Below, in pieces: positions 1 to 13,300 of a stretch of DNA of 64,000 nucleotides (positions within the stretch are counted from its first letter, which is position 1; each line of letters opens with the position of its first letter). Source of the stretch: Eledone cirrhosa (lineage: Eukaryota). The stretch spans positions 269,824,001 to 269,888,000 of the forward strand of contig OZ024743.1 of NCBI GenBank assembly GCA_964016885.1, in the 5' to 3' direction. A program made the translations under genes and the position numbers. The notes below the pieces were generated by a model that searched no databases, was not told the DNA's origin, and saw only the letters and a list, made by a program, of their open reading frames with translations.

Positions 1-1399
1 AGTAGTGTTTGAGGTGGTGTTGATGTTAGTGGTGTTGGTAGTAGTGTTTGAGGTGGTGTTGATGTTATTGGTGTTGGTAGTAGTGTTTGAGGTGGTGTTG
101 ATGTTAGTGGTGTTGGTAGTAGTGTTTGAGGTGGTGTTGATGTTAGTGGTGTTGGGGGTAGTGTTTCAGGTGGTGTTGATGTTAGTGGTGTTGGTAGTAG
201 TGTTTGAGGAGGTGTTGATGTTAGTGGTGTTGGTAGTAGTGTTTGAGGTGGTGTTGATGTTAGTGGTGTTGGTAGTAGTGTTTAGGGAGGTGTTGATGTT
301 AGTGGTATTGGTAGTAGTGTTTGAGGTGGTGTTGGTGTTAGTGGTGTTGGTAGTAGTGTTTGAGATGGTGTTGATGTTAGTGGTGTTGGTAGTAGTGTTT
401 GAGGTGGTGTTGATGTTAGAGGTGTTGGTAGTAGTGTTTGAGGTGGTGTTGATGTTAGTGGTGTTGGTAGTAGTGTTTGAGGTGGTGTTGATGTTAGTGG
501 TGTTGGTAGTAGTGTTTGAGGTGGTGTTGATGTTAGTGGTATTGGGAGTAGTGTTTCAGGTGGTGTTGATGTTAGTGGTGTTGGTAGTAGTGTTTGAGGT
601 GGTGTTGATGTTAGTGGTGTTGGTAGTAGTGTTTGAGGTGGTGTTGATGTTAGCGGTGTTGGTAGTAGTGTTTGAGGTGGTGTTGATGTTAGTGGTATTG
701 GTAGTAGTGTTTGAGGTGGTGTTGATGTTAGTGGTATTGGTAGTAGTGTTTGAGGTGGTGTTGATGTTAGTGGTATTGGTAGTAGTGTTTGAGGTGGTGT
801 TGATGTTAGTGGTGTTGGTAGTAGTGTTTGAGGTGGTGTTGATGTTAGTGGTGTTGGTAGTAGTGTTTGAGGTGGTGTTGATGTTAGTGGTATTGGTAGT
901 AGTGTTTGAGGTGGTGTTGATGTTAGTGGTGTTGGTAGTAGTGTTTGAGGTGGTGTTGATGTTAGTGGTGTTGGTAGTAGTGTTTGAGGTGGTGTTGATG
1001 TTAGTGGTGTTGGTAGTAGTGTTTGAGGTGGTGTTGATGTTAGTGGTATTGGTAGTAGTGTTTGAGGTGGTGTTGATGTTAGTGGTGTTGGTAGTAGTGT
1101 TTGAGGTGGTGTTGATGTTAGTGGTGTTGGTAGTAGTGTTTGAGGTGGTGTTGATGTTAGTGTTTGAGGTGGTGTTGATGTTAGTGGTGTTGGTAGTAGT
1201 GTTTGAGGTGGTGTTGATGTTAGTGGTGTTGGTAGTCGTGTTTGAGGTGGTGTTGATGTTAGTGGTATTGGTAGTAGTGTTTGAGGTGGTGTTGATGTTA
1301 GTGGTGTTGGTAGTAGTGTTTGAGGTGGTGTTGATGTTAGTGGTGTTGGTAGTAGTGTTTGAGGTGGTGTTGATGTTAGTGGTGTTGGTAGTAGTGTTT

Positions 1400-4300
1400 G
1401 AGGTGGTGTTGATGTTAGTGGTGTTTGTAGTAGTGTTTGAGGTGGTGTTGATGTTAGTGGTGTTGGTAGTAGTGTTTGAGGTGGTGTTGATGTTAGTGGT
1501 GTTGGTAGTAGTGTTTGAGGTGGTGTTGATGTTAGTGGTGTTGGGGGTAGTGTTTGAGGTGGTGTTGATGTTAGTGGTGTTGGTAGTAGTGTTTGAGGTG
1601 GTGTTGATGTTAGTGGTGTTGGGGGTAGTGTTTGAGGTGGTGTTGATGTTAGTGGTGTTGGTAGTAGTGTTTGAGGTGGTGTTGATGTTAGCAGTGTTGG
1701 TAGTATTGTTTGAGGTGCTGTTGATGTTAGTGGTGTTGGTAGTAGTGTTTGAGGTGGTGTTGATGTTAGTGGTGTTGGTAGTAGTGTTTGAGGTGGTGTT
1801 GATGTTAGTGGTGTTGGGGGTAGTGTTTGAAGAGGTGTTGATGTTAGTGGTGTTGGTAGTAGTGTTTGAGGTGGTGTTTATGTTAGTGGTATTGGTAGTA
1901 GTGTTTGAGGTGGTGTTGATGTTAGTGGTGTTGGTGGTAGTGTTTGAGGTGGTGTTGATGTTAGTGGTGTTGGTAGTAGTGTTTGAGGTGGTGTTGATGA
2001 TAGAGGCGTTGGTAGTAGTGTTTGAGGTGGTGTTGATGTTAGAGGTGTTGGTAGTAGTGTTTGGGGTGGTGTTGATGTTAGTGGTGTTGGTAGTAGTGTT
2101 TGAGGTGGTGTTGATGTTATTGGTGATGGTAGTAGTGTTTGAGGTGGTGTTGATGTTAGAGGTGTTGGTAGTAGTGTTTGAGGTGGTGTTGATGTTAGTG
2201 GTGTTGGTAGTAGTGTTTGAGGTGGTGTTGATGTTAGTGGTATTGATAGTAGTGTTTGAGGTGGTGTTGATGTTAGTGGTGTTGGTAGTAGTGTTTGAGG
2301 TGGTGTTGATGTTAGTGGTATTGGTAGTAGTGTTTGAGGTGGTGTTGATGTTAGTGGTATTGGTAGTAGTGTTTGAGGTGGTGTTGATGTTAGTGGTATT
2401 GGTAGTAGTGTTTGAGGTGGTGTTGATGTTAGTGGTGTTGGTAGTAGTGTTTGAGGTGGTGTTGATGTTAGTGGTGTTTGTAGTAGTGTTTGAGGTGGTG
2501 TTGATGTTAGTGGTGTTGGTAGTAGTGTTTGAGGTGGTGTTGATGTTAGTGGTATTGGTAGTAGTGTTTGAGGTGGTGTTGATGTTAGTGGTGTTGGTAG
2601 TAGTGTTTGAGGTGGTGTTGATGTTAGTGGTGTTGGTAGTAGTGTTTGAGGTGGTGTTGATGTTAGTGGTGTTGGTAGTAGTGTTTGAGGTGGTGTTGAT
2701 GTTAGTGGTATTGGTAGTAGTGTTTGAGGTGGTGTTGATGTTAGTGGTGTTGGTAGTAGTGTTTGAGGTGGTGTTGATGTTAGTGGTGTTGGTAGTAGTG
2801 TTTGAGGTGGTGTTGATGTTAGTGGTGTTGGTAGTAGTGTTTGAGGTGGTGTTGATGTTAGTGGTGTTGGTAGTAGTGTTTGAGGTGGTGTTGATGTTAG
2901 TGGTGTTGGTAGTAGTGTTTGAGGTGGTGTTGATGTTAGTGGTATTGGTAGTAGTGTTTGAGGTGGTGTTGATGTTAGTGGTGTTGGTAGTAGTGTTTGA
3001 GGTGGTGTTGATGTTAGTGGTGTTGGTAGTAGTGTTTGAGGTGGTGTTGATGTTAGTGGTGTTGGTAGTAGTGTTTGAGGTGGTGTTGATGTTAGTGGTG
3101 TTTGTAGTAGTGTTTGAGGTGGTGTTGATGTTAGTGGTGTTGGTAGTAGTGTTTGAGGTGGTGTTGATGTTAGTGGTGTTGGTAGTAGTGTTTGAGGTGG
3201 TGTTGATGTTAGTGGTGTTGGTAGTAGTGTTTGAGGTTGTGTTGATGTTAGTGGTGTTGGGGGTAGTGTTTGAGGTGGTGTTGATGTTAGTGGTGTTGGT
3301 AGTAGTGTTTGAGGTGGTGTTGATGTTAGTGGTGTTGGGGGTAGTGTTTGAGGTGGTGTTGATGTTAGTGGTGTTGGTAGTAGTGTTTGAGGTGGTGTTG
3401 ATGTTAGCAGTGTTGGTAGTAGTGTTTGAGGTGCTGTTGATGTTAGTGGTGTTGGGGGTAGTGTTTGAAGAGGTGTTGATGTTAGTGGTGTTGGTAGTAG
3501 TGTTTGAGGTGGTGTTTATGTTAGTGGTATTGGTAGTAGTGTTTGAGGTGGTGTTGATGTTAGTGGTGTTGGTGGTAGTGTTTGAGGTGGTGTTGATGTT
3601 AGTGGTGTTGGTAGTAGTGTTTGAGGTGGTTTTGATGATAGAGGTGTTGGTAGTAGTGTTTGAGGTGGTGTTGATGTTAGAGGTGTTGGTAGTAGTGTTT
3701 GGGGTGGTGTTGATGTTAGTGGTGTTGGTAGTAGTGTTTGAGGTGGTGTTGATGTTATTGGTGATGGTAGTAGTGTTTGAGGTGGTGTTGATGTTAGAGG
3801 TGTTGGTAGTAGTGTTTGAGGTGGTGTTGATGTTAGTGGTGTTGGTAGTAGTGTTTGAGGTGGTGTTGACGTTAGAGGTGTTGGTAGTAGTGTTTGAGGT
3901 GGTGTTGATGTTAGTGGTGTTGGTAGTAGTGTTTGAGGTGGTGTTGATGTTAGTGGTGTTGGTAGTAGTGTTTGAGGTGGTGTTGACATTAGTGGTGTTG
4001 GTAGTAGTGTTTGAGGTGGTGTTGATGTTAGTGGTGTTGGTAGTAGTGTTTGAGGTGGTGTTGATGTTAGTGGTGTTGGTAGTAGTGTTTGAGGTGGTGT
4101 TGGTGTTAGTGGTGTTGGTAGTAGTGTTTGAGGTGGCGTTGATGTTAGTGGTATTGATAGTAGTGTTTGAGGTGGTGTTGGTGTTAGTAGTGTTGGTAGT
4201 AGTGTTTGAGGTGGTGTTGATGTTAGTGGTGTTAGTAGTAGTGTTTGAGGTGGTGTTGATGTTAGTGGTGTTGGTAGTAGTGTTTGAGGTGGTGTTGATG

Positions 4301-7300
4301 TTAGTGGTGTTGGTAGTAGTGTTTGAGGTGGTGTTGATGTTAGAGGTGTTGGTAGTAGTGTTTGAGGTGGTGTTGATGTTAGTGGTGTTGGTAGTAGTGT
4401 TTGAGGCGGTGTTGGGGGTAGTGTTTGAGGTGGTGTTGATGTTAGTGGTGTTGGTAGTAGTGTTTGAGGTGGTGTTGATGTTAGTGGTGTTGGTAGTAGT
4501 GTTCGAGGTGGTGTTGATGTTAGTGGTGTTGGTAGTAGTGTTTGAGGTGGTGTTGGTGTTAGTGGTGTTGGTAGTAGTGTTTGAGGTGGTGTTAATGTTA
4601 GAGGTGTTGGTAGTAGTGTTTGCGGTGGTGTTGATGTTAGTGGTGTTGGTAGTAGTGTTTGAGGTGGTATTGATGTTAGTGGTGTTGGTAGTAGTGTTTG
4701 AGGTGGTGTTGATGTTAGTGGTGTTGGGGGTAGTGTTTGAGGTGGTGTTGATGTTAGTAGTGTTGGTAGTAGTTTTTGAGGTGGTGTTGATGTTAGTGGT
4801 GTTGGTAGTAGTGTTTGACGTGGTGTTGATGTTAGTGGTGTTGGTAGTAGTGTTTGAGGTGGTGTTGATGTTAGCGGTGTTGGTAGTAGTGTTTGACATG
4901 GTGTTGATGTTAGTGGTGTTGGTAGTAGTGTTTGAGGTGGTGTTGATGTTAGCGGTGTTGGTAGTAGTGTTTGAGGTGGTGTTGATGTTAGTGGTGTTGG
5001 TAGTAGTGTTGGGGGTGGTGTTGATGTTAGTGGTGTTGGTAGTAGTGTTTGAGGTGGTGTTGATGTTAGTGGTGTTGGTAGTAGTGTTTGAGGTGGTGTT
5101 GATGTTAGTGGTGTTGGTAGTAGTGTTTGAGGTGGTGTTGATGTTAGTGGTGTTGGTGGTAGTGTTTGACGTGGTGTTGATGTTAGTGGTCTTGGTAGTA
5201 GTGTTTGAGGTGGTGTTGATGTTAGTGGTGTTGGTAGTAGTGTTTGAGGTGGTGTTGATGTTAGTGGTGTTGGTAGTAGTTTTTGAGGTGGTGTTGATGT
5301 TAGTGGTGTTGGTAGTAGTGTTTGACGTGGTGTTGATGTTAGTGGTGTTGGTAGTAGTGTTTGAGGTGGTGTTGATGTTAGCGGTGTTGGTAGTAGTGTT
5401 TGAGGTGGTGTTGACGTTGGAGGTGTTGGTAGTAGTGTTTGAGGTGGTGTTGATGTTAGTGGTGTTGGTAGTAGTGTTTGAGGTGGTGTTGATGTTAGTG
5501 GTGTTGGTAGTAGTGTTTGAGGTGGTGTTGATGTTAGTGGTATTGGTAGTAGTGTTTGAGGTGGTGTTGACGTTAGTGGTGTTGGTAGTAGTGTTTGAGG
5601 TGGTGTTGATGTTAGTAGTGTTGGTAGTAGTGTTTGAGGTGGTGTTGGTGTTAGTGGTGTTGGTAGTAGTGTTTGAGATGGTGTTGATGTTAGTAGTGTT
5701 GGTAGTAGTGTTTGAGGTGGTGTTGATGTTAGTGGTGTTGGTAGCAGTGTTTGAGGTGGTGTTGATGTTAGTGGTGTTGGTAGTAGTGTTTGAGGTGGTG
5801 TTGATGTTAGTGGTGTTGGTAGTAGTGTTTGAGGTGGTGTTGATGTTAGTGGTGTTGGTAGTAGTGTTTGAGGTGGTGTTGATGTTAGTGGTGTTTGTAG
5901 TAGTGTTTGAGGTGGTGTTGATGTTAGTGGTGTTGGTAGTAGTGTTTGAGGTGGTGTTGATGTTAGTGGTGTTGGTAGTAGTGTTTGAGGTGGTGTTGAT
6001 GTTAGTGGTGTTGGTAGTAGTGTGTGAGGTGGTGTTGATGTTAGTGGTGTTGGTAGTAGTGTTTGAGGTGGTGTTGATGTTAGTGGTGTTGGTAGTAGTG
6101 TTTGAGGTGGTGTTGATGTTAGTGGTGTTGGTAGTAGTGTTTTGAGGTGGTGTTGATGTTAGTGGTGTTGGTAGTAGTGTTTGAGGTGGTGTTGATGTTA
6201 GTGGTGTTGGTAGTAGTGTTTGAGGTGGTGTTGATGTTAGTGGTGTTGGTAGTAGTGTTTGAGGTGGTGTTGATGTTAGTGGTGTTGGTAGTAGTGTTTG
6301 AGGTGGTGTTGATGTTAGTGGTGTTGGTAGTAGTGTTTGAGGTGGTGTTGATGTTAGTGGTGTTTGTAGTAGTGTTTGAGGTGGTGTTGATGTTAGTGGT
6401 GTTGGTAGTAGTGTTTGAGGTGGTGTTGATGTTAGTGGTGTTGGTAGTAGTGTTTGAGGTGGTGTTGATGTTAGTGGTGTTGGTAGTAGTGTGTGAGGTG
6501 GTGTTGATGTTAGTGGTGTTGGGGGTAGTGTTTGAGGTGGTGTTGATGTTAGTGGTGTTGGTAGTAGTGTTTGAGGTGGTGTTGATGTTAGTGGTGTTGG
6601 GGGTAGTGTTTGAGGTGGTGTTGATGTTAGTGGTGTTGGTAGTAGTGTTTGAGGTGGTGTTGATGTTAGCAGTGTTGGTAGTAGTGTTTGAGGTGCTGTT
6701 GATGTTAGTGGTGTTGGTAGTAGTGTTTGAGGTGGTGTTGATGTTAGTGGTGTTGGTAGTAGTGTTTGAGGTGGTGTTGATGTTAGTGGTGTTGGGGGTA
6801 GTGTTTGAAGAGGTGTTGATGTTAGTGGTGTTGGTAGTAGTGTTTGAGGTGGTGTTTATGTTAGTGGTATTGGTAGTAGTGTTTGAGGTGGTGTTGATGT
6901 TAGTGGTGTTGGTGGTAGTGTTTGAGGTGGTGTTGATGTTAGTGGTGTTGGTAGTAGTGTTTGAGGTGGTGTTGATGATAGAGGTGTTGGTAGTAGTGTT
7001 TGAGGTGGTGTTGATGTTAGAGGTGTTGGTAGTAGTGTTTGGGTTGGTGTTGATGTTAGTGGTGTTGGTAGTAGTGTTTGAGGTGGTGTTGATGTTATTG
7101 GTGATGGTAGTAGTGTTTGAGGTGGTGTTGATGTTAGAGGTGTTGGTAGTAGTGTTTGAGGTGGTGTTGATGTTAGTGGTGTTGGTAGTAGTGTTTGAGG
7201 TGGTGTTGACGTTAGAGGTGTTGGTAGTAGTGTTTGAGGTGGTGTTGATGTTAGTGGTGTTGGTAGTAGTGTTTGAGGTGGTGTTGATGTTAGTGGTGTT

Positions 7301-10300
7301 GGTAGTAGTGTTTGAGGTGGTGTTGACATTAATGGTGTTGGTAGTAGTGTTTGAGGTGGTGTTGATGTTAGTGGTGTTGGTAGTAGTGTTTGAGGTGGTG
7401 TTGATGTTAGTGGTGTTGGTAGTAGTGTTTGAGGTGGTGTTGGTGTTAGTGGTGTTGGTAGTAGTGTTTGAGGTGGCGTTGATGTTAGTGGTATTGATAG
7501 TAGTGTTTGAGGTGGTGTTGGTGTTAGTAGTGTTGGTAGTAGTGTTTGAGGTGGTGTTGATGTTAGTGGTGTTGGTAGTAGTGTTTGAGGTGGTGTTGAT
7601 GTTAGTGGTGTTGGTAGTAGTGTTTGAGGTGGTGTTGGTGTTTGTGGTGTTGGTAGTAGTGTTTGAGGTGGTGTTGATGTTAGTGGTGTTGGTAGTAGTG
7701 TTTGAGGTGGTGTTGATGTTAGTGGTGTTGGTAGTAGTGTTTGAGGTGGTGTTGATGTTAGTGGTGTTGGTAGTAGGGTTTGAGGTGGTGTTGATGTTAG
7801 TGGTGTTGGTAGTAGTGTTTGAGGTGGTGTTGATGTTACTGGTGTTGGTAGTAGTGTTTGAGGTGGTGTTGGTGTTAGTGGTGTTGGTAGTAGTGTTTGA
7901 GGTGGTGTTGATGTTAGTGGTGTTGGTAGTAGTGTTTGAGGCGGTGTTGGGGGTAGTGTTTGAGGTGGTGTTGATGTTAGTGGTGTTGGTAGTAGTGTTT
8001 GAGGTGGTGTTGATGTTAGTGGTGTTGGTAGTAGTGTTTGAGGTGGTGTTGATGTTAGTGGTGTTGGGGGTAGTGTTTGAGGTGGTGTTGATGTTAGTGG
8101 TGTTGGTAGTAGTTTTTGAGGTGGTGTTGATGTTAGTGGTGTTGGTAGTAGTGTTTGACGTGGTGTTGATGTTAGTGGTGTTGGTAGTAGTGTTTGAGGT
8201 GGTGTTGATGTTAGCGGTGTTGGTAGTAGTGTTTGACATGGTGTTGATGTTAGTGGTGTTGGTAGTAGTGTTTGAGGTGGTGTTGATGTTAGCGGTGTTG
8301 GTAGTAGTGTTTGAGGTGGTGTTGATGTTAGTGGTGTTGGTAGTAGTGTTGGGGGTGGTGTTGATGTTAGTGGTGTTGGTAGTAGTGTTTGAGGTGGTGT
8401 TGATGTTAGTGGTGTTGGTAGTAGTGTTTGAGGTGGTGTTGATGTTAGTGGTGTTGGTAGTAGTGTTTGAGGTGGTGTTGATGTTAGTGGTGTTGGTAGT
8501 AGTGTTTGACGTGGTGTTGATGTTAGTGGTCTTGGTAGTAGTGTTTGAGGTGGTGTTGATGTTAGTGGTGTTGGTAGTAGTGTTTGAGGTGGTGTTGATG
8601 TTAGTGGTGTTGGTAGTAGTGTTTGAGGTGGTGTTGATGTTAGTGGTATTGGTAGTAGTGTTTGAGGTGGTGTTGATGTTAGTGGTGTTGGTAGTAGTGT
8701 TTGAGGTGGTGTTGATGTTAGTGGTGTTGGTAGTAGTGTTTGAGGTGGTGTTGATGTTAGTGGTGTTGGTAGTAGTGTTTGAGGTGGTGTTGATGTTAGT
8801 GGTGTTGGTAGTAGTGTTTGAGGTGGTGTTGATGTTAGTGGTGTTGGTAGTAGTGTTTGAAGTGGTGTTGATGTTAGTGGTATTGGTAGTAGTGTTTGAG
8901 GTGGTGTTGATGTTAGTGGTGTTGGTAGTAGTGTTTGAGGTGGTGTTGATGTTAGTGGTGTTGGTAGTAGTGTTTGAGGTGGTGTTGATGTTAGTGGTGT
9001 TGGTAGTAGTGTTTGAGGTGGTGTTGATGTTAGTGGTGTTGGTAGTAGTGTTTGAGGTGGTGTTGATGTTAGTGGTGTTGGTAGTAGTGTTTGAGGTGGT
9101 GTTGATGTTAGTGGTATTGGTAGTAGTGTTTGAGGTGGTGTTGATGTTAGTGGTGTTGGTAGTAGTGTTTGAGGTGGTGTTGATGTTAGTGGTGTTGGTA
9201 GTAGTGTTTGAGGTGGTGTTGATGTTAGTGGTGTTGGTAGTAGTGTTTGAGGTGGTGTTGATGTTACTGGTGTTTGTAGTAGTGTTTGAGGTGGTGTTGA
9301 TGTTAGTGGTGTTGGTAGTAGTGTTTGAGGTGGTGTTGATGTTAGTGGTGTTGGTAGTAGTGTTTGAGGTGGTGTTGATGTTAGTGGTGTTGGTAGTAGT
9401 GTTTGAGGTGGTGTTGATGTTAGTGGTGTTGGGGGTAGTGTTTGAAGTGGTGTTGATGTTAGTGGTGTTGGTAGTAGTGTTTGAGGTGGTGTTGATGTTA
9501 GTGGTGTTGGGGGTAGTGTTTGAGGTGGTGTTGATGTTAGTGGTGTTGGTAGTAGTGTTTGAGGTGGTGTTGATGTTAGCAGTGTTGGTAGTAGTGTTTG
9601 AGGTGCTGTTGATGTTAGTGGTGTTGGTAGTAGTGTTTGAGGTGGTGTTGATGTTAGTGGTGTTGGTAGTAGTGTTTGAGGTGGTGTTGATGTTAGTGGT
9701 GTTGGGGGTAGTGTTTGAAGAGGTGTTGATGTTAGTGGTGTTGGTAGTAGTGTTTGAGGTGGTGTTTATGTTAGTGGTATTGGTAGTAGTGTTTGAGGTG
9801 GTGTTGATGTTAGTGGTGTTGGTGGTAGTGTTTGAGGTGGTGTTGATGTTAGTGGTGTTGGTAGTAGTGTTTGAGGTGGTGTTGATGATAGAGGTGTTGG
9901 TAGTAGTGTTTGAGGTGGTGTTGATGTTAGAGGTGTTGGTAGTAGTGTTTGGGGTGGTGTTGATGTTAGTGGTGTTGGTAGTAGTGTTTGAGTTGGTGTT
10001 GATGTTATTGGTGATGGTAGTAGTGTTTGAGGTGGTGTTGATGTTAGAGGTGTTGGTAGTAGTGTTTGAGGTGGTGTTGATGTTAGTGGTGTTGGTAGTA
10101 GTGTTTGAGGTGGTGTTGACGTTAGAGGTGTTGGTAGTAGTGTTTGAGGTGGTGTTGATGTTAGTGGTGTTGGTAGTAGTGTTTGAGGTGGTGTTGATGT
10201 TAGTGGTGTTGGTAGTAGTGTTTGAGGTGGTGTTGACATTAGTGGTGTTGGTAGTAGTGTTTGAGGTGGTGTTGATGTTAGTGGTGTTGGTAGTAGTGTT

Positions 10301-13300
10301 TGAGGTGGTGTTGATGTTAGTGGTGTTGGTAGTAGTGTTTGAGGTGGTGTTGGTGTTAGTGGTGTTGGTAGTAGTGTTTGAGGTGGCGTTGATGTTAGTG
10401 GTATTGATAGTAGTGTTTGAGGTGGTGTTGGTGTTAGTAGTGTTGGTAGTAGTGTTTGAGGTGGTGTTGATGTTAGTGGTGTTGGTAGTAGTGTTTGAGG
10501 TGGTGTTGATGTTAGTGGTGTTGGTAGTAGTGTTTGAGGTGGTGTTGATGTTAGTGGTGTTGGTAGTAGTGTTTGAGGTGGTGTTGATGTTAGAGGTGTT
10601 GGTAGTAGTGTTTGAGGTGGTGTTGATGTTAGTGGTGTTGGTAGTAGTGTTTGAGGTGGTGTTGACGTTAGAGGTGTTGGTAGTAGTGTTTGAGGTGGTG
10701 TTGATGTTAGTGGTGTTGGTAGCAGTGTTTGAGGTGGTGTTGACGTTAGTGGTGTTGGTAGTAGTGTTTGAGGTGGTGTTGACATTAGTGGTGTTGGTAG
10801 TAGTGTTTGAGGTGGTGTTGATGTTAGTGGTGTTGGTAGTAGTGTTTGAGGTGGTGTTGATGTTAGTGGTGTTGGTAGTAGTGTTTGAGGTGGTGTTGGT
10901 GTTAGTGGTGTTGGTAGTAGTGTTTGAGGTGGCGTTGATGTAGTGGTATTGATAGTAGTGTTTGAGGTGGTGTTGGTGTTAGTAGTGTTGGTAGTAGTGT
11001 TTGAGGTGGTGTTGATGTTAGTGGTGTTGGTAGTAGTGTTTGAGGTGGTGTTGATGTTAGTGGTGTTGGTAGTAGTGTTTGAGGTGGTGTTGATGTTAGT
11101 GGTGTTGGTAGTAGTGTTTGAGGTGGTGTTGGTGTTAGTGGTGTTGGTAGTAGTGTTTGAGGTGGTGTTGATGTTAGTGGTGTTGGTAGTAGTGTTTGAG
11201 GCGGTGTTGGGGGTAGTGTTTGAGGTGGTGTTGATGTTAGTGGTGTTGGTAGTAGTGTTTGAGGTGGTGTTGATGTTAGTGGTGTTGGTAGTAGTGTTCG
11301 AGGTGGTGTTGATGTTAGTGGTGTTGGTAGTAGTGTTTGAGGTGGTGTTGGTGTTAGTGGTGTTGGTAGTAGTGTTTGAGGTGGTGTTAATGTTAGTGGT
11401 GTTGGTAGTAGTGTTTGCGGTGGTGTTGATGTTAGTGGTGTTGGTAGTAGTGTTTGAGGTGGTGTTAATGTTAGTGGTGTTGGTAGTAGTGTTTGAGGTG
11501 GTGTTGATGTTAGTGGTGTTGGGGGTAGTGTTTGAGGTGGTGTTGATGTTAGTGGTGTTGGTAGTAGTTTTTGAGGTGGTGTTGATGTTAGTGGTGTTGG
11601 TAGTAGTGTTTGACGTGGTGTTGATGTTAGTGGTGTTGGTAGTAGTGTTTGAGGTGGTGTTGATGTTAGCGGTGTTGGTAGTAGTGTTTGACATGGTGTT
11701 GATGTTAGTGGTGTTGGTAGTAGTGTTTGAGGTGGTGTTGATGTTAGCGGTGTTGGTAGTAGTGTTTGAGGTGGTGTTGATGTTAGTGGTGTTGGTAGTA
11801 GTGTTGGGGGTGGTGTTGATGTTAGTGGTGTTGGTAGTAGTGTTTGAGGTGGTGTTGATGTTAGTGGTGTTGGTAGTAGTGTTTGAGGTGGTGTTGATGT
11901 TAGTGGTGTTGGTAGTAGTGTTTGAGGTGGTGTTGATGTTAGTGGTGTTGGTGGTAGTGTTTGACGTGGTGTTGATGTTAGTGGTCTTGGTAGTAGTGTT
12001 TGAGGTGGTGTTGATGTTAGTGGTGTTGGTAGTAGTGTTTGAGGTGGTGTTGATGTTAGTGGTGTTGGTAGTAGTTTTTGAGGTGGTGTTGATGTTAGTG
12101 GTGTTGGTAGTAGTGTTTGACGTGGTGTTGATGTTAGTGGTGTTGGTAGTAGTGTTTGAGGTGGTGTTGATGTTAGCGGTGTTGGTAGTAGTGTTTGAGG
12201 TGGTGTTGACGTTGGAGGTGTTGGTAGTAGTGTTTGAGGTGGTGTTGATGTTAGTGGTGTTGGTAGTAGTGTCTGAGGTGGTGTTGATGTTAGTGGTGTT
12301 GGTAGTAGTGTTTGAGGTGGTGTTGATGTTAGTGGTATTGGTAGTAGTGTTTGAGGTGGTGTTGATGTTAGTGGTGTTGGTAGTAGTGTTTGAGGTGGTG
12401 TTGATGTTAGTAGTGTTGGTAGTAGTGTTAGAGGTGGTGTTGGTGTTAGTGGTGTTGGTAGTAGTGTTTGAGATGGTGTTGATGTTAGTAGTGTTGGTAG
12501 TAGTGTTTGAGGTGGTGTTGATGTTAGTGGTGTTGGTAGCAGTGTTTGAGGTGGTGTTGATGTTAGTGGTATTGGTAGTAGTGTTTAAGGTGGTGTTGAT
12601 GTTAGTGGTGTTGGTAGTATTGTTTGAGGTGGTGTTGGTGTTTGTGGTGTTGGTAGTAGTGTTTGAGGTGGTGTTGATGTTAGTGGTGTTGGTAGTAGTG
12701 TTTGAGGTGGTGTTGATGTTAGTGGTGTTGGTAGTAGTGTTTGAGGTGGTGTTGATGTTAGTGGTGTTGGTAGTAGTGTTTGAGGTGGTGTTGATGTTAG
12801 TGGTGTTGGTAGTAGTGTTTGAGGTGGTGTTGATGTTAGTGGTGTTGGTAGTAATGTTTTGAGGTGGTGTTGATGTTAGTGGTGTTGGTAGTAGTGTTTG
12901 AGGTGGTGTTGATGTTAGTGGTATTGGTAGTAGTGTTTGAGGTGGTGTTGATGTTAGTGGTGTTGGTAGTAGTGTTTGAGGTGGTGTTGATGTTAGTGGT
13001 GTTGGTAGTAGTGTTTGAGGTGGTGTTGATGTTAGTGGTGTTGGTAGTAGTGTTTGAGGTGGTGTTGATGTTAGTGGTGTTTGTAGTAGAGTTTGAGGTG
13101 GTGTTGATGTTAGTGGTGTTGGTAGTAGTGTTTGAGGTGGTGTTGATGTTAGTGGTGTTGGTAGTAGTGTTTGAGGTGGTGTTGATGTTAGTGGTGTTGG
13201 TAGTAGTGTTTGAGGTGGTGTTGATGTTAGTGGTGTTGGGGGTAGTGTTTGAGGTGGTGTTGATGTTAGTGGTGTTGGTAGTAGTGTTTGAGGTGGTGTT

